From assembly GCA_046726475.1 (NCBI GenBank), contig JBKPAO010000032.1:28800-92799 (forward strand): 64,000 nt of DNA, in the 5' to 3' direction. Below, piece after piece: positions 30,601 through 40,908 of this stretch (the stretch's first letter is position 1; each line of letters starts with the position of its first letter). The notes under the pieces are model-generated. The model did no database searches, had not been told where the DNA came from, and saw only the letters and a program-made list of their open reading frames with translations. Made by a program: the position numbers and the translations under genes. Source of the stretch: Gemmatimonadota bacterium. Its GTDB lineage: Bacteria > Gemmatimonadota > Gemmatimonadetes > Gemmatimonadales > GWC2-71-9.

Positions 30601-31674
30601 ATGAGGCTGCGCCGAGGAGCGTTCAGTCTAGCGATGGTGGTGGGAGGCGTCAACGCGGCGTGCGTAAACTTTCGCCCACCTCCGGTGCCGATCGCGGCAA
30701 GCGCGGCGGGGCAAGCGCCTACACGAGTTTGGTCAGCCCACGCCGGGCGGCGCTTTACCCCGCCGGTCGAGACCGAAGGTAACGTGCTTTATGGAGGCAG
30801 CGTCGACCGGAAAGTCTATGCCGTCAGTATGACGGATGGAGACGTCCGGTGGTCGGCACGCATGCCGGGGATGATCGTCGGTGGAGTGCTGGTGTCCGGA
30901 GACACGCTGTTCGTGGCGAGCTCACGGCCCCAGGGGAGAGTTAGCGCATTGCGCCGGGGCAACGGCAAACAGATCTGGCGCACCGCAACGCCTCCGATTG
31001 GCGCACCACTGGCGCTTATAGACGGTGGGCTCATCGCCCTGAGCGAGCGGGGGGAGATCCTGTCACTGGATCCCCAGGGGGGAAAGGTTCGCTGGCACCG
31101 CCGGCTCGGGGTTGCTCGAATCGCTGCCGTCTCCGCCGGAGCGGGAGAACTGCTGGTCGCGACCACAGATTCACTCTACCGCCTGAACAGCGCCGATGGT
31201 CAGATCAAACTACGAGCGCCATCCCCCGGAGCCATCGTCTCCGCCTGGCTGGTTCGCGATGGCGCACTGGTCGCGGGCACCACTGATTCCCAGGTCGTCT
31301 CACTCGATCCGAGTGAGCTGCGTCTGAACTGGACGCTCAAGGTCGACGCTCCGGTACTGGACTCGCCGGCCGCTCTGGGGGACACGCTGTTCCTGGCCAC
31401 GCGCATTGGCAGCGTGTATCGCATCGATCCGGGACCGGAGCCTAAGGCCAAGGTCATTGTGGCGCTCGATTGGCCGGTGACCGCTCCGGTGACAATAGCA
31501 GATCGCGAGATCCTGCTCGGCGGAGCCGATGGAGTGATTCGAGCTCTCAAGACCAATGGGCGCGAGGTGTGGCGCGTACGCGTCTGGCGACCGGTCGAGC
31601 TGGGCCCAGTGACCTTGAATGACGGATTGATTGCCCTCGGGGGCAACGGCGATTTACACCGCTACCGGCAATGA
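30601..31674 (+). CDS. PQQ-like beta-propeller repeat protein (BamB-like)
   Basis: The real start is ATG 30601 ([21 protein letters not shown], a signal peptide with a possible lipobox). Repeated G..V.A.D...G...W propeller blades. The 803-aa ORF-track entry fuses it to an antisense artefact. Confidence 0.75.
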   Translation: MRLRRGAFSLAMVVGGVNAACVNFRPPPVPIAASAAGQAPTRVWSAHAGRRFTPPVETEGNVLYGGSVDRKVYAVSMTDGDVRWSARMPGMIVGGVLVSGDTLFVASSRPQGRVSALRRGNGKQIWRTATPPIGAPLALIDGGLIALSERGEILSLDPQGGKVRWHRRLGVARIAAVSAGAGELLVATTDSLYRLNSADGQIKLRAPSPGAIVSAWLVRDGALVAGTTDSQVVSLDPSELRLNWTLKVDAPVLDSPAALGDTLFLATRIGSVYRIDPGPEPKAKVIVALDWPVTAPVTIADREILLGGADGVIRALKTNGREVWRVRVWRPVELGPVTLNDGLIALGGNGDLHRYRQ

Positions 31675-32126
31675 CTCGAACCTATTCCCTAATTCTGACC
31701 CTGATGTTGCTGGCGAGCCCAGGGCAAGCTCAGGGTGTCAAGCCAGTCGTCAAGTATGGGAAGTGGGTTCTGGTTGCCGGCGCTGCCGCGATGAATTATT
31801 TGGCGCTCCAAGCGCACAATCAGGCGGAAGATTCATTCGATGCGCTGGAGGCGCACTGCCTCGAATCTCGGCAGCGGTGTGCTCTCGGGCCGGATGGAAG
31901 TTATCTCGACCCCACGTCGGAGGACTTCTATCAGGCGTCGCTCCACTACGATCGGGTCGCCCGTGGCTGGCTGATTGGAGGAGAACTTGCGCTGGCGGGC
32001 GCGGCGGCTCTCTTCGTCTGGGAACTGACCCAACCCAAAGGGCGGCCGGGCAATATTCCTTTCGAGCCCGAAATCCGAAGCATCCGGGGTGGGAGGACGG
32101 GCGTGGGGCTCCGCTTTGCTTTCTAG
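31671..32126 (+). CDS. Small secreted/membrane protein (unknown function)
   Basis: Signal peptide [22 protein letters not shown], internal hydrophobic segments and a C-terminal GLRFAF. ATGA overlap with the BamB-like stop. Confidence 0.5.
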   Translation: MTRTYSLILTLMLLASPGQAQGVKPVVKYGKWVLVAGAAAMNYLALQAHNQAEDSFDALEAHCLESRQRCALGPDGSYLDPTSEDFYQASLHYDRVARGWLIGGELALAGAAALFVWELTQPKGRPGNIPFEPEIRSIRGGRTGVGLRFAF

Positions 32127-32155
32127 CGGTCCACCACCTAGGGGGCTCTAGCGGG

Positions 32156-34243
32156 TCAGCCCACCCGGAACAGCTCCACCGCCCTGGGATACCGCGCGAC
32201 GGCCCGCTCCCTCAGTCGTTGATTGTCCCGCCGCTGGAGGGCGGGATCCGTTCCGATGATGGTGGTGGCAAGCTCGCGCGCCCTAGTCAGCAGGTCTGTG
32301 TCATCCGGTAGCCGCGCGTGACGCAGCTCAAATCCGCCAGCTTGCCGGGCCCCGATCAGATCGCCCATCCCCCGCTCAGCCAGGTCCATCTCCGCGATCC
32401 TGAACCCGTCTTGGGTTGAGGCAAATCCGTGGAGCCGATCTGGAACCGGACCATCGGTAAGGAGAATGCAGTAACTCTCCTCGGCACCACGGCCGATCCT
32501 GCCTCGGAGCTGGTGCAGCTGCGCCAGTCCGAACCGATCGGGATGCTCGACCAGCATGATCGTGGCGTTGGGCACATCGATACCCACCTCGATGACCGTG
32601 GTCGCGACCAGAACGTGCAGTTCATTGTTCCGAAACCGGCGCATGACCTCGTCCCGCTCCTCGGTCTTCATCCGCCCATGTACCAGGCCCACGTGCAGGT
32701 CGGGCCACCGTGCCGCCAGCGTCTGCACCATGGTGGAGGCTGCGCGAAGATCGGCTCGCTCCGTCTCATCGATCACCGGCAGAACCACGTAGGCCTGTCT
32801 CCCACTTTCGCATTGGGAGCGGGCGAACTCCAATACATTTTCTCGCTGCTTGGTGTTCCGGACTGCAGTTCGCACGGTGCCCCGCCCCGGTGGCTTGGAC
32901 CGAAGCGTGGAGACGTCCAAGTCACCGTACAGAGTCAGAGCGAGGGAGCGCGGAATCGGCGTGGCGGTGAGCAGAAGAACATCGGGAGCAGCTCCCTTGC
33001 CGATCAACGCGGCACGCTGCTCCACCCCGAAGCGGTGCTGTTCGTCAATGACAACTAGGCCAAGACGCCGAAACGAGACGCCCTCCTGAAGCAGCGCATG
33101 AGTACCCACCGCCAGGCGTGCCTGGCCGCTGGCTAGGCGTTTCCGCACCGCCGCCTTCTCGGCCTGGCTCTGGCGGCCCAGCAGCAACTCCGGCTTCAGT
33201 TGCAGCGGTTCGAGCAGCTTGGCCAGGGTCACCCCGTGCTGCTCCACCAGAAGTTCGGTCGGCGCCATGAACGCCGCCTGAAAGTCGTTTTCCAATGCGA
33301 GCAGCATGGCGAATAGCGCTACAACGGTCTTGCCGGTCCCGACGTCACCCATCAGGAGACGGTGCATCCGCTCTGGCGCAGTCATGTCAGCTGTAATCTC
33401 GCGCAAGGCGCGCTGCTGATCGTCGGTCAGCTGCCAGGGCAGGTTGTCCTTGAGCCGAGTCGTCAAATCGCGCTTAATGGTAAAAGCGACTCCGCTGCGC
33501 TGGCGCTTCGCCAACGTCCGCGCGCGAATCAGCATCAATTGTAGGTCGAGCAGCTCGTCGAAGGCTAAGCGCCGGCGGCCTCGCTCCGCCTGATCGAGGG
33601 ACTGGGGCCGGTGGACCGCTAATAGCGCATCGCGTAGCGGGGCAAGGTCGAGCTCGCGACGCTGTTGCTCCGGGAGGGCATCGTCGGTGAGCGCGATCAA
33701 CCCGTCGAGGTGACGATCTATTAGCGAACGGATGACCTTGTGACTCAGGCCCTCGGTCGCGGGATACACCGGTAGCACCTTCCCGGCGCCGATGGGATCT
33801 TCCCCGGCGTCGGCATCGGCCAGAATCACGTACTCGCGGGGCGCCAGCTGTCTTCCGTGATAGAACCGAACCGGCCCCGACACGAGGAGCGTCTGGCCGA
33901 TCGCGATAGTACGATCGAGAAACGGCTGGCCCGGCCACACGCATTCCAGGAGCCCGCTGTCGTCTCGAAGCACCGCGTGGAAGATCCTTAGCCCGCGACG
34001 GGTCGGAAGCACCCCCTTTGCCACCACCCTGCCGACACACGCCACCTCGTGTCCCAGCTCGGCCTTGGCCAGTGGGATCAGAGTCGACGCGTCTACGTAG
34101 CGGTGGGGAAGATGCCAGAGAAGATCGCGTGCTGTCCGGATACCCAGGCGGCTCAACGCTTCCGCGCGACGCTCGCCGATGCCCTTGAGAAACTGGACCG
34201 GGGTATCGAGGCGGACGGGATTAGGTGCGTGGCGGGTAGTCAT
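32156..34243 (-). CDS. recG: ATP-dependent DNA helicase RecG
   Basis: 695 aa. Wedge domain, Walker A GDVGTGKT, DEQHRFG and the TRG-region pattern. Confidence 0.95.
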   Translation of the reverse strand: MTTRHAPNPVRLDTPVQFLKGIGERRAEALSRLGIRTARDLLWHLPHRYVDASTLIPLAKAELGHEVACVGRVVAKGVLPTRRGLRIFHAVLRDDSGLLECVWPGQPFLDRTIAIGQTLLVSGPVRFYHGRQLAPREYVILADADAGEDPIGAGKVLPVYPATEGLSHKVIRSLIDRHLDGLIALTDDALPEQQRRELDLAPLRDALLAVHRPQSLDQAERGRRRLAFDELLDLQLMLIRARTLAKRQRSGVAFTIKRDLTTRLKDNLPWQLTDDQQRALREITADMTAPERMHRLLMGDVGTGKTVVALFAMLLALENDFQAAFMAPTELLVEQHGVTLAKLLEPLQLKPELLLGRQSQAEKAAVRKRLASGQARLAVGTHALLQEGVSFRRLGLVVIDEQHRFGVEQRAALIGKGAAPDVLLLTATPIPRSLALTLYGDLDVSTLRSKPPGRGTVRTAVRNTKQRENVLEFARSQCESGRQAYVVLPVIDETERADLRAASTMVQTLAARWPDLHVGLVHGRMKTEERDEVMRRFRNNELHVLVATTVIEVGIDVPNATIMLVEHPDRFGLAQLHQLRGRIGRGAEESYCILLTDGPVPDRLHGFASTQDGFRIAEMDLAERGMGDLIGARQAGGFELRHARLPDDTDLLTRARELATTIIGTDPALQRRDNQRLRERAVARYPRAVELFRVG

Positions 34244-34248
34244 CGCCG

Positions 34249-35187
34249 CTAGGGCGCCTCGACCGGAGCCTCAGCAAGCAGGTTTTCTGCAAAGCGCTCC
34301 GGGTCGAAAGGAACCAGGTCCTCTACCGATTCACCCAGACCGACGAACCGGATGGGAAGGCCCAGCTCCTTTCGCAGAGCCGCTACCGCGCCGCCCCGGG
34401 CGCTCCCATCGAGCTTCGTGACCACAACACCCGTGGGGACGACCGCCTGAGAGAAGAGCTTCCCCTGCTGAATGGCATTCTGTCCCACCGTCCCGTCCAG
34501 CACCAGAAAGGTCTCGTGAGGAGCGCCGGGCAGGCGGCGCCCGATGACCCGGGTGATTTTGCGCAGCTCGTCCATCAACCCTTCCTGGGTGTGCAACCGG
34601 CCCGCCGTATCGATGATCACGGTGTCGAGACCGCGGGAACTGGCCGCATCGATCGCATCGAAGGCAACCGAGGCGGGATCACCGCCGGACGCCCCCGAGA
34701 CACACGGAATATTCAGCCGATTGGCCCAGATCTGGAGCTGAGCGATGGCGCCGGCTCGGTAGGTATCCGCGGCGGCGAGCAGCACCTTGCGGCCCTCGCG
34801 CTGCAGCCGCCAGGCGAGCTTCGCCGCGGTGGTTGTCTTCCCCGTTCCATTCACACCAATCAGAAGAACCACGGTGGGACCCAACTCGGCCCGGGCGATC
34901 ATTCCATCATGGTCGGGGCTCTGCAGGAGCTGGGTCAGGCGCTGTTGGAGCGACCGTTTGAGATCGGCCTCGGTCTTGACCTTACCCCGCCGCACCTCGT
35001 CTTCCAGCGCCTGGGTCAACTCCACGGTCGCCGATACTCCGAAATCGGCTTCGATGAGTACCCGCTCCATGTTCTCGATATCGTCGGCATTGAGTCCACG
35101 CATCAGTGCGCCCACATCGGTCAACGCGATGCGCTTGATGCGGGCCCAGACACTCGATTTATCAGAACCCAGTCGGTTAGGTCTCAC
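34249..35187 (-). CDS. ftsY: Signal recognition particle receptor FtsY
   Basis: 312 aa. GVNGTGKTTTAAKLA, DTAGRLH and TKLDGSARGG (SRP GTPase G1-G4). GTG start. Confidence 0.93.
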   Translation of the reverse strand: MRPNRLGSDKSSVWARIKRIALTDVGALMRGLNADDIENMERVLIEADFGVSATVELTQALEDEVRRGKVKTEADLKRSLQQRLTQLLQSPDHDGMIARAELGPTVVLLIGVNGTGKTTTAAKLAWRLQREGRKVLLAAADTYRAGAIAQLQIWANRLNIPCVSGASGGDPASVAFDAIDAASSRGLDTVIIDTAGRLHTQEGLMDELRKITRVIGRRLPGAPHETFLVLDGTVGQNAIQQGKLFSQAVVPTGVVVTKLDGSARGGAVAALRKELGLPIRFVGLGESVEDLVPFDPERFAENLLAEAPVEAP

Positions 35188-35225
35188 GGTTTCATCCCTG
35201 ACTCAGATCCCTGAAACTTACCACT

Positions 35226-37025
35226 TCACCGGAGACCCAGTCGTCGACGCGCCAGCCATTCGCCTGACAACCCCAGCACGCAAAGTCCGAAGAGCCAGAT
35301 CCAGTCGCGCGCCGAGGTACGGCCACTGGAGCGGGTCGCGCGCGGTGCGTGTTGGCTCAGGGTGATTGGGTGCGGAAGGAGCTCGTCCGAATACTCCTCG
35401 ACGGCAACCGTACCTCCGCCACCGCTTCCCAGGCGATAGCGGTACTCGCCGGGGGGGAGCCACACGGTGGCGCGGCCACTGCCGTCGAAGTGGAGGGTGT
35501 CGACCCGCGGCGTCCTACCCGACCATCCGACAGTCTCCGGCGTTGGTGTGCGTTCCCCGACCCATTGGAAGATCACTGGCCGGCCGTTCGCAACTACCGG
35601 TTGTACCGGGCGCACCAGACCACGAGCAGAATCCGCCCCGCCGAGCAACCAACTCGCCGTCGCCGCCACCCACGAGCGATAGCTTTGCTCGCTGGCACCT
35701 CCCCGGAAGGCCCATCGCCATAAGCCGTCGGCGGCCACAGTCACGCGACGAACCCGTCCGGACTCCTGGCCCAGGACGGCGGGTCGCTGCGGCCCACGCC
35801 GGCCGAGCTGGGCGTAGAGTGCCACCCAGTCGCCGGGGCGTGGCTCCAGCGACGTGAGCTGGGTGGCGGGGGGAAATGAATCAACCGGTTCACCGAGAAA
35901 GGCCCCCGCAACTGGAGAGTCGCCGGTGGAGCTGAGATACCAGTCGCCCTGGACCTGGGCTTGCCCGCCCTCTCCACTTGGCCAAGTCCAGATTCCCCGG
36001 GCCTGAACTCCATCGGCTACGGTTCCTACTGCGCCCTTCAGTACCAGGAGATCGGCCCGGCGTGTGGCGCGCCGTACTTCGGCCGCCGAAATGACATGAA
36101 GATCGTTCATCGACCGCCATCGAGCGTTCTCCAGGCGCAGGTAGCCGCGGACCGGAAGCTGGGCAACTTCCCGCAAGGTGGAATAAAGAAACCGACTATC
36201 CCAATCCGCGGGCCCCGCCAGGAAGACAACTCCAGGAGTGGGCGCCACCGTCACGAGGTGCAGCCGGTTGTCCGTGCGGGGTTCGGCATCGCCGCTGTTC
36301 ATCAGGCTCACGTGGAGCACCTGGTCTCCCGGTGTAAGCCCCGTGGTCGGCATGGTGAAATGAAGCTTTCCCCCCGACTTGCCCCGGAGTCGGACGGTTC
36401 GCTTCGCTATACGCTTCCCTGCCGCGCGGATCTCGACCGATATTGTGTCCCGAATCACGCCCCCAGTCGCCTCAACCTGCACATCGAGAGGAATCGAATC
36501 CCCGGCGGTTACCCTGGCCGGTCCAGTCACTGTGGTGATCGCCAGGTCAGGACGTGGCTCCCGGGGAAACAGATGAACTCCGCTTCCAGCGAGAATGTCA
36601 GCGGGGATGTCCGGAAGATCTTCGATCTCGCCGTCGGTCACGAGTATGATCGTGCGATCCGAGGCGGAGGCAGCGAGTAGCGCCGGTGCCAGGAGCGAGC
36701 GACCTCGGTTCGGCACTGTGTCTGTGGTGACCCGCTCATCTCCGAATGTTCGGACCTCTCCCCAACGCTGGGCGGAATCTCGCGCGGCCGACCACTGTGC
36801 TCCCGGCGCGCTCAGACTGAGCGAAGCATCCAGCAGAACCAAGGGCCGAAGGGCCGGTCGCCGCACAGCGCAGCTCAGGTCGAGCAGCAATAGCCCCAAC
36901 GCGGTCCAAGCGATTCCCCGGCAAACCAGAGCGATCCATGAGCGCCGGCCGGCCCGCTCCAGGAGGAGATACGTGAGCGCGGCCAGGCCGAAGGCGAGAA
37001 GCGCGATCAACCCGGCGTTAAACAT
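35226..37025 (-). CDS. Large membrane-anchored protein, N-terminal double-TM plus C-terminal TM (unknown function)
   Basis: I prefer ATG 37023-37025, so that the protein opens directly with two TM helices (MFNAGLIALLAFGLAALTYLLL...IAWTALGLLLLDL). The ORF-track start at 37127 is a TTG. C-terminal anchor WIWLFGLCVLGL...RRRLGLR. No catalytic motif recognised. Confidence 0.6.
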   Translation of the reverse strand: MFNAGLIALLAFGLAALTYLLLERAGRRSWIALVCRGIAWTALGLLLLDLSCAVRRPALRPLVLLDASLSLSAPGAQWSAARDSAQRWGEVRTFGDERVTTDTVPNRGRSLLAPALLAASASDRTIILVTDGEIEDLPDIPADILAGSGVHLFPREPRPDLAITTVTGPARVTAGDSIPLDVQVEATGGVIRDTISVEIRAAGKRIAKRTVRLRGKSGGKLHFTMPTTGLTPGDQVLHVSLMNSGDAEPRTDNRLHLVTVAPTPGVVFLAGPADWDSRFLYSTLREVAQLPVRGYLRLENARWRSMNDLHVISAAEVRRATRRADLLVLKGAVGTVADGVQARGIWTWPSGEGGQAQVQGDWYLSSTGDSPVAGAFLGEPVDSFPPATQLTSLEPRPGDWVALYAQLGRRGPQRPAVLGQESGRVRRVTVAADGLWRWAFRGGASEQSYRSWVAATASWLLGGADSARGLVRPVQPVVANGRPVIFQWVGERTPTPETVGWSGRTPRVDTLHFDGSGRATVWLPPGEYRYRLGSGGGGTVAVEEYSDELLPHPITLSQHAPRATRSSGRTSARDWIWLFGLCVLGLSGEWLARRRLGLR

Positions 37026-37158
37026 CGGGGATGAACCGGCGATCTGGCGCAGCACCGACGAGTCGCCTCGCAGCAGCGGGGTGTCGCGCCGGCCCGCAGC
37101 TGCTCGGGCGGAGGCGACGAAGATCAATCATGTTGGCAGGAGGTCCACTACACTGGCG

Positions 37159-38463
37159 CTACGGCAACCACCGGGTGGGTGTTTCGGCCGCTTCCCGGGC
37201 CAGGGCTGGTGACTGGGCACCGGTGCTGTCTGAATGATGCAGGAGCAGCAACAGGCGATCTCGCTCCTGCTGGAACGCGCTACGATCCCGTGAGGCCACG
37301 GGAGAGCCACTGCCAAGGTTTACTCGGCGTGAGTCCTTTGCCACCCCATTCATCCGGAACTCATAGTGGAGATGCGGGCCCGTCGCCAGTCCGGTCGATC
37401 CGACGTACCCGATGATCTGACCCTGGTGTACCCGTGCGCCGGATCGAATGCTCCGGGCGAATCCACGAAGATGGCCGTAGCGGGTAGTGATCCCGTTCAG
37501 GTGGCGCAGCTCGATCAAATTGCCATAGCCGCCCGCCCGGCCCGCTCGCAGAACCACGCCGTCGCCGGCGGCCATGATCGGAGTGCCGGGAGCTGCGGCG
37601 TAGTCGGTTCCCTCATGCCGGCGACTGAGGCCAAGGAGTGGGTGATACCGGAGCCTGGCAAAGTTGGATGAGATGCGCCGGAACTCCACCGGCGCGCGCA
37701 GGAACGCCCGCCGAAGCGAATTTCCTTGGTCATCATAGTAGAGCGCGCCCCGCCCATTCTCACCGCCAAACCTGAAGGCCGTCAGGCTCTTTCCAGATAT
37801 GGTCAAATCACCTGCCAGGACTCGCCCGACCCGAATCTCGCCATCCTCGGACACGAGTCGCTCGAACACCACCTGGAACCGGTCTCCAGGCTGGATATCC
37901 CGGGTGAAGTCCACCTGCCAGGCATAAACATCCGCCAAGTCCCACGCGAGCCGGCGTCGATCACCCAAGCCTAATTGGGCGTCGCTGACGCCGGCGTCCA
38001 ACGCTTCGTACAGCGAGTTGTTGATGACTCCCTCGATTCGCGCCTGCTGCGTCTGCCATCGGATCGGTTCGGCTATGGCATTCCATCCGTCCGCCGCTCG
38101 GCTGAAGGTAACCCGCTGTTCCGGAGAGGTGCGCACACTGACATGGCTCGGTGCCGAGTCTCCCAACATTCTCCGGAAGGTGAAGATCAGACCGGCCCGG
38201 ACCCTTCGTGGATCGAGCAACGGCGAGGCATCGAGCCGGTGAAAATCGATGCTGATATCGTGGCGCCGGAAGAGGTCCGAGAGCGTCTCTCCGCGGTGTA
38301 GCGTATCGTGGATTTCGGTAAAGCTGGGCAGAACCGGTGCTTCCACCACCCCTGCTGCCGGCCGTGCTGCTTCCAAGCGGTGCCACGGCCAACGGCCGTT
38401 CATCCCTAAGAATGCCGCCGCACTCAATACCGACGCGGCTGCCGCTACGCCTGCCCGGCGCAT
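37159..38463 (-). CDS. M23-family metallopeptidase (MepM/LytM-type murein endopeptidase)
   Basis: 434 aa. N-terminal anchor. Catalytic HEGTDYAA (HxxxD) and GPHLHYEF (HxH) are both intact. The ATG shares 1 nt with the ftsZ TGA (TGATG). Confidence 0.88.
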   Translation of the reverse strand: MRRAGVAAAASVLSAAAFLGMNGRWPWHRLEAARPAAGVVEAPVLPSFTEIHDTLHRGETLSDLFRRHDISIDFHRLDASPLLDPRRVRAGLIFTFRRMLGDSAPSHVSVRTSPEQRVTFSRAADGWNAIAEPIRWQTQQARIEGVINNSLYEALDAGVSDAQLGLGDRRRLAWDLADVYAWQVDFTRDIQPGDRFQVVFERLVSEDGEIRVGRVLAGDLTISGKSLTAFRFGGENGRGALYYDDQGNSLRRAFLRAPVEFRRISSNFARLRYHPLLGLSRRHEGTDYAAAPGTPIMAAGDGVVLRAGRAGGYGNLIELRHLNGITTRYGHLRGFARSIRSGARVHQGQIIGYVGSTGLATGPHLHYEFRMNGVAKDSRRVNLGSGSPVASRDRSAFQQERDRLLLLLHHSDSTGAQSPALAREAAETPTRWLP

Positions 38464-39632
38464 CAGTCCATCTGCCGTCGAATGAAGGTGGGAATCTCCA
38501 TCTCCGGAACATCCGAGGCAGCCCCGGTCGCGGGGGCCTGTTGGATGCGGGGCTGTACCCTGGTGATGACCGGAGTAGGCTGGGCCGGCGTCGAGGGCCG
38601 CTGCCGGTGCGATGGGAAGTTGATGACGCCAGCCGCACCAGAGGCGCGTCCCACCGGTTGCTCTACCGTGACCGGACGGTCGAACCCGGTAGCGATCACG
38701 GTGACGCGGATCTCACCGTGCATCGCCGGATCGTTGCCAGCCCCGAAAATGATTTCGGCATCGTCACCCACCGCATCGTGGATGATGTCGTTGATCTGCG
38801 TGGTCTCGCCCAGGGTCAGGTCATCTCCGCCGATGATATTGATGAGCACGCCCATGGCACCCGCGATGGAAATATTGTCGAGCAAAGGACTGGAGATCGC
38901 CTGCTGGGCCGCCTCAAGTGCGCGATTCTCACCCCGACCGATGCCGGTACCCATCAGTGCGGCGCCGCCGTTCTGCATGACAGTACGCACATCGGCAAAG
39001 TCCACGTTGATGATGCCAGTTGAGGTGATCAAACTCGCGATCCCCTGGGTGGCGTGGAGCAGGACTTCGTCGGCCTTCTTCAGGGCTTCCTGAAACGGGA
39101 TACCTTTTCCAACGACGGCGAGAAGGCGTTCGTTGGGCACCACGATCATAGTATCGACATTGTTGCGCATGTCATTGATGCCGCCTTCTGCTTGCTTCAT
39201 TCGGCGCCGCCCTTCGAACAGGAAAGGCTTGGTGACGATCCCGACGGTGAGCGCCCCCGCTTCCCGGGCCATCTGCGATACAACTGGGGCCGCGCCGGTG
39301 CCGGTGCCGCCACCCATGCCACAGGTGATGAAGACCATATCGGCTCCCTGCACCGCATGCAGCACTTCATCGCGATTTTCCTCGATCGCCTGGCGCCCGA
39401 TTTCGGGCCGTGCGCCGGCGCCGAGACCGCGGGTGAGCTTGCGCCCGATCTGGATCTTAATGTCGGATTTCGACATCGCGAGCGCCTGGGAGTCGGTATT
39501 CACCGAAATGAACTCGACCCCGCCCAGCTGATCCTCGATCATGCGGTTGACGGCGTTGCCACCGCCACCACCGACACCCACCACCTTCATCCGCGCGGTC
39601 TGGGCCGCGCCCTCTTCAAGCTCAAAGATCAT
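38463..39632 (-). CDS. ftsZ: Cell division protein FtsZ
   Basis: [15 protein letters not shown] and the [14 protein letters not shown] tubulin signature. C-terminal IPTFIRRQ peptide. GAGGGGGA SD upstream. Confidence 0.97.
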   Translation of the reverse strand: MIFELEEGAAQTARMKVVGVGGGGGNAVNRMIEDQLGGVEFISVNTDSQALAMSKSDIKIQIGRKLTRGLGAGARPEIGRQAIEENRDEVLHAVQGADMVFITCGMGGGTGTGAAPVVSQMAREAGALTVGIVTKPFLFEGRRRMKQAEGGINDMRNNVDTMIVVPNERLLAVVGKGIPFQEALKKADEVLLHATQGIASLITSTGIINVDFADVRTVMQNGGAALMGTGIGRGENRALEAAQQAISSPLLDNISIAGAMGVLINIIGGDDLTLGETTQINDIIHDAVGDDAEIIFGAGNDPAMHGEIRVTVIATGFDRPVTVEQPVGRASGAAGVINFPSHRQRPSTPAQPTPVITRVQPRIQQAPATGAASDVPEMEIPTFIRRQMD

Positions 39633-39654
39633 GGTTTGTCCCCCTCAGCCCGAC

Positions 39655-40908
39655 TCAGAAGAAGTCCTGAAGCCACCGCTTCACAGGAGCAAGTACCTTT
39701 TCCACTGCGGGTGACTTCCGTCCCCCCGCACCCAGCCCACCACTCAACGCGACCTGTCTGGCTCCGTACAACACCAGCCCGGCCGGTACCGCCATTCTGG
39801 GTGATTCGACGCTGTCGGCGAGACCACGCAAGCGCTGACCCGGTACCCCACACCGGGCGGGCATGGCGAACACCTCGCGGGCCAACTCCACGATCCCAGG
39901 CGCGAGAGCGCCGCCACCAGTCAGGATGACGCCTGCCGGCAAGCGCTGATGATAGCCAGCGCGGGTGATCTCGTCGAGCGCGTACTCCAACACCTCCTGC
40001 AGCCGCATGTGCATGATGTGCGCGAGAATTCGGCGCTGCGCGTTGCGGGCTCCCTGCCCCGGTGTGCTGGGGAGCTCGAAGACATCGCTCTCCGGCACCA
40101 GTGGCTCGAACGCCGCCCCGTAACGTTCCTTCAACCGCTCGGCATCGTGCTGAGTGACCTGCAAGCCGTGCACGATGTCCGCGGTGACGTGCCCACCGGC
40201 GCAGAGCAACGAGCCAGTGTGGCGAATTTTCCCGCTGTGGAAGATTGAGACGTTGGTCGAGCCTCCGCCCAGCTCCACGATGGCGCAGCCGAGCTCGATC
40301 TCGTCGGCCGTCAGCACGGCCAAGGAGGCGGCCAAAGGCTCGAGGACAAACTCGGCAACCTGGTAGCCGGCACGCTCGACGGATCTGCGAAGGTTCTGGA
40401 GCACGCTCGACAACACCGTGACCAGGTAAACCTCGGCTTCCAGACGCGACCCGGTCATGCCGATCGGTTCGCTGATCCCCCCCTGTTGATCGATCAAATA
40501 GTCCTGCGGGATCGCGTGCAGCAGCTCGTGGTCCCGACCGAAGCTGACGTTGCTCGCCATGTCGTTGACCCGGGCGACGTCGCTGGTGCGAATCTCGTCT
40601 CCCGTTACCGAGACCATCCCGTGTGAGCTCCGGCCGGCGACGTGCTCGCCGGCGATCCCACAGTACACTGCCCCGACCTCGATGCCGGCCATCCGCTGGG
40701 CGCTTTTCATCGCTTTGTCGATGGCGCGAGTGGTCTCCTCGATATCGCGAACTACTCCACGTCGAATTCCGCCGCTCTTCTCAACTCCCAGCCCCAGAAT
40801 CTTTGCTCCGGGATCCCGCGCCTCGCCGGTCACTTCGGCAATGACAGCCACCACCTTGGTCGATCCAAGATCCAGACCGGCGACGAGCCGCTGCGGCTGC
40901 GTTGTCAT
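39655..40908 (-). CDS. ftsA: Cell division protein FtsA
   Basis: 417 aa actin-like ATPase (VAGLDLGSTKVV...ELGGGSTNVSIF...VILTGGGALAPG). Confidence 0.95.
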   Translation of the reverse strand: MTTQPQRLVAGLDLGSTKVVAVIAEVTGEARDPGAKILGLGVEKSGGIRRGVVRDIEETTRAIDKAMKSAQRMAGIEVGAVYCGIAGEHVAGRSSHGMVSVTGDEIRTSDVARVNDMASNVSFGRDHELLHAIPQDYLIDQQGGISEPIGMTGSRLEAEVYLVTVLSSVLQNLRRSVERAGYQVAEFVLEPLAASLAVLTADEIELGCAIVELGGGSTNVSIFHSGKIRHTGSLLCAGGHVTADIVHGLQVTQHDAERLKERYGAAFEPLVPESDVFELPSTPGQGARNAQRRILAHIMHMRLQEVLEYALDEITRAGYHQRLPAGVILTGGGALAPGIVELAREVFAMPARCGVPGQRLRGLADSVESPRMAVPAGLVLYGARQVALSGGLGAGGRKSPAVEKVLAPVKRWLQDFF

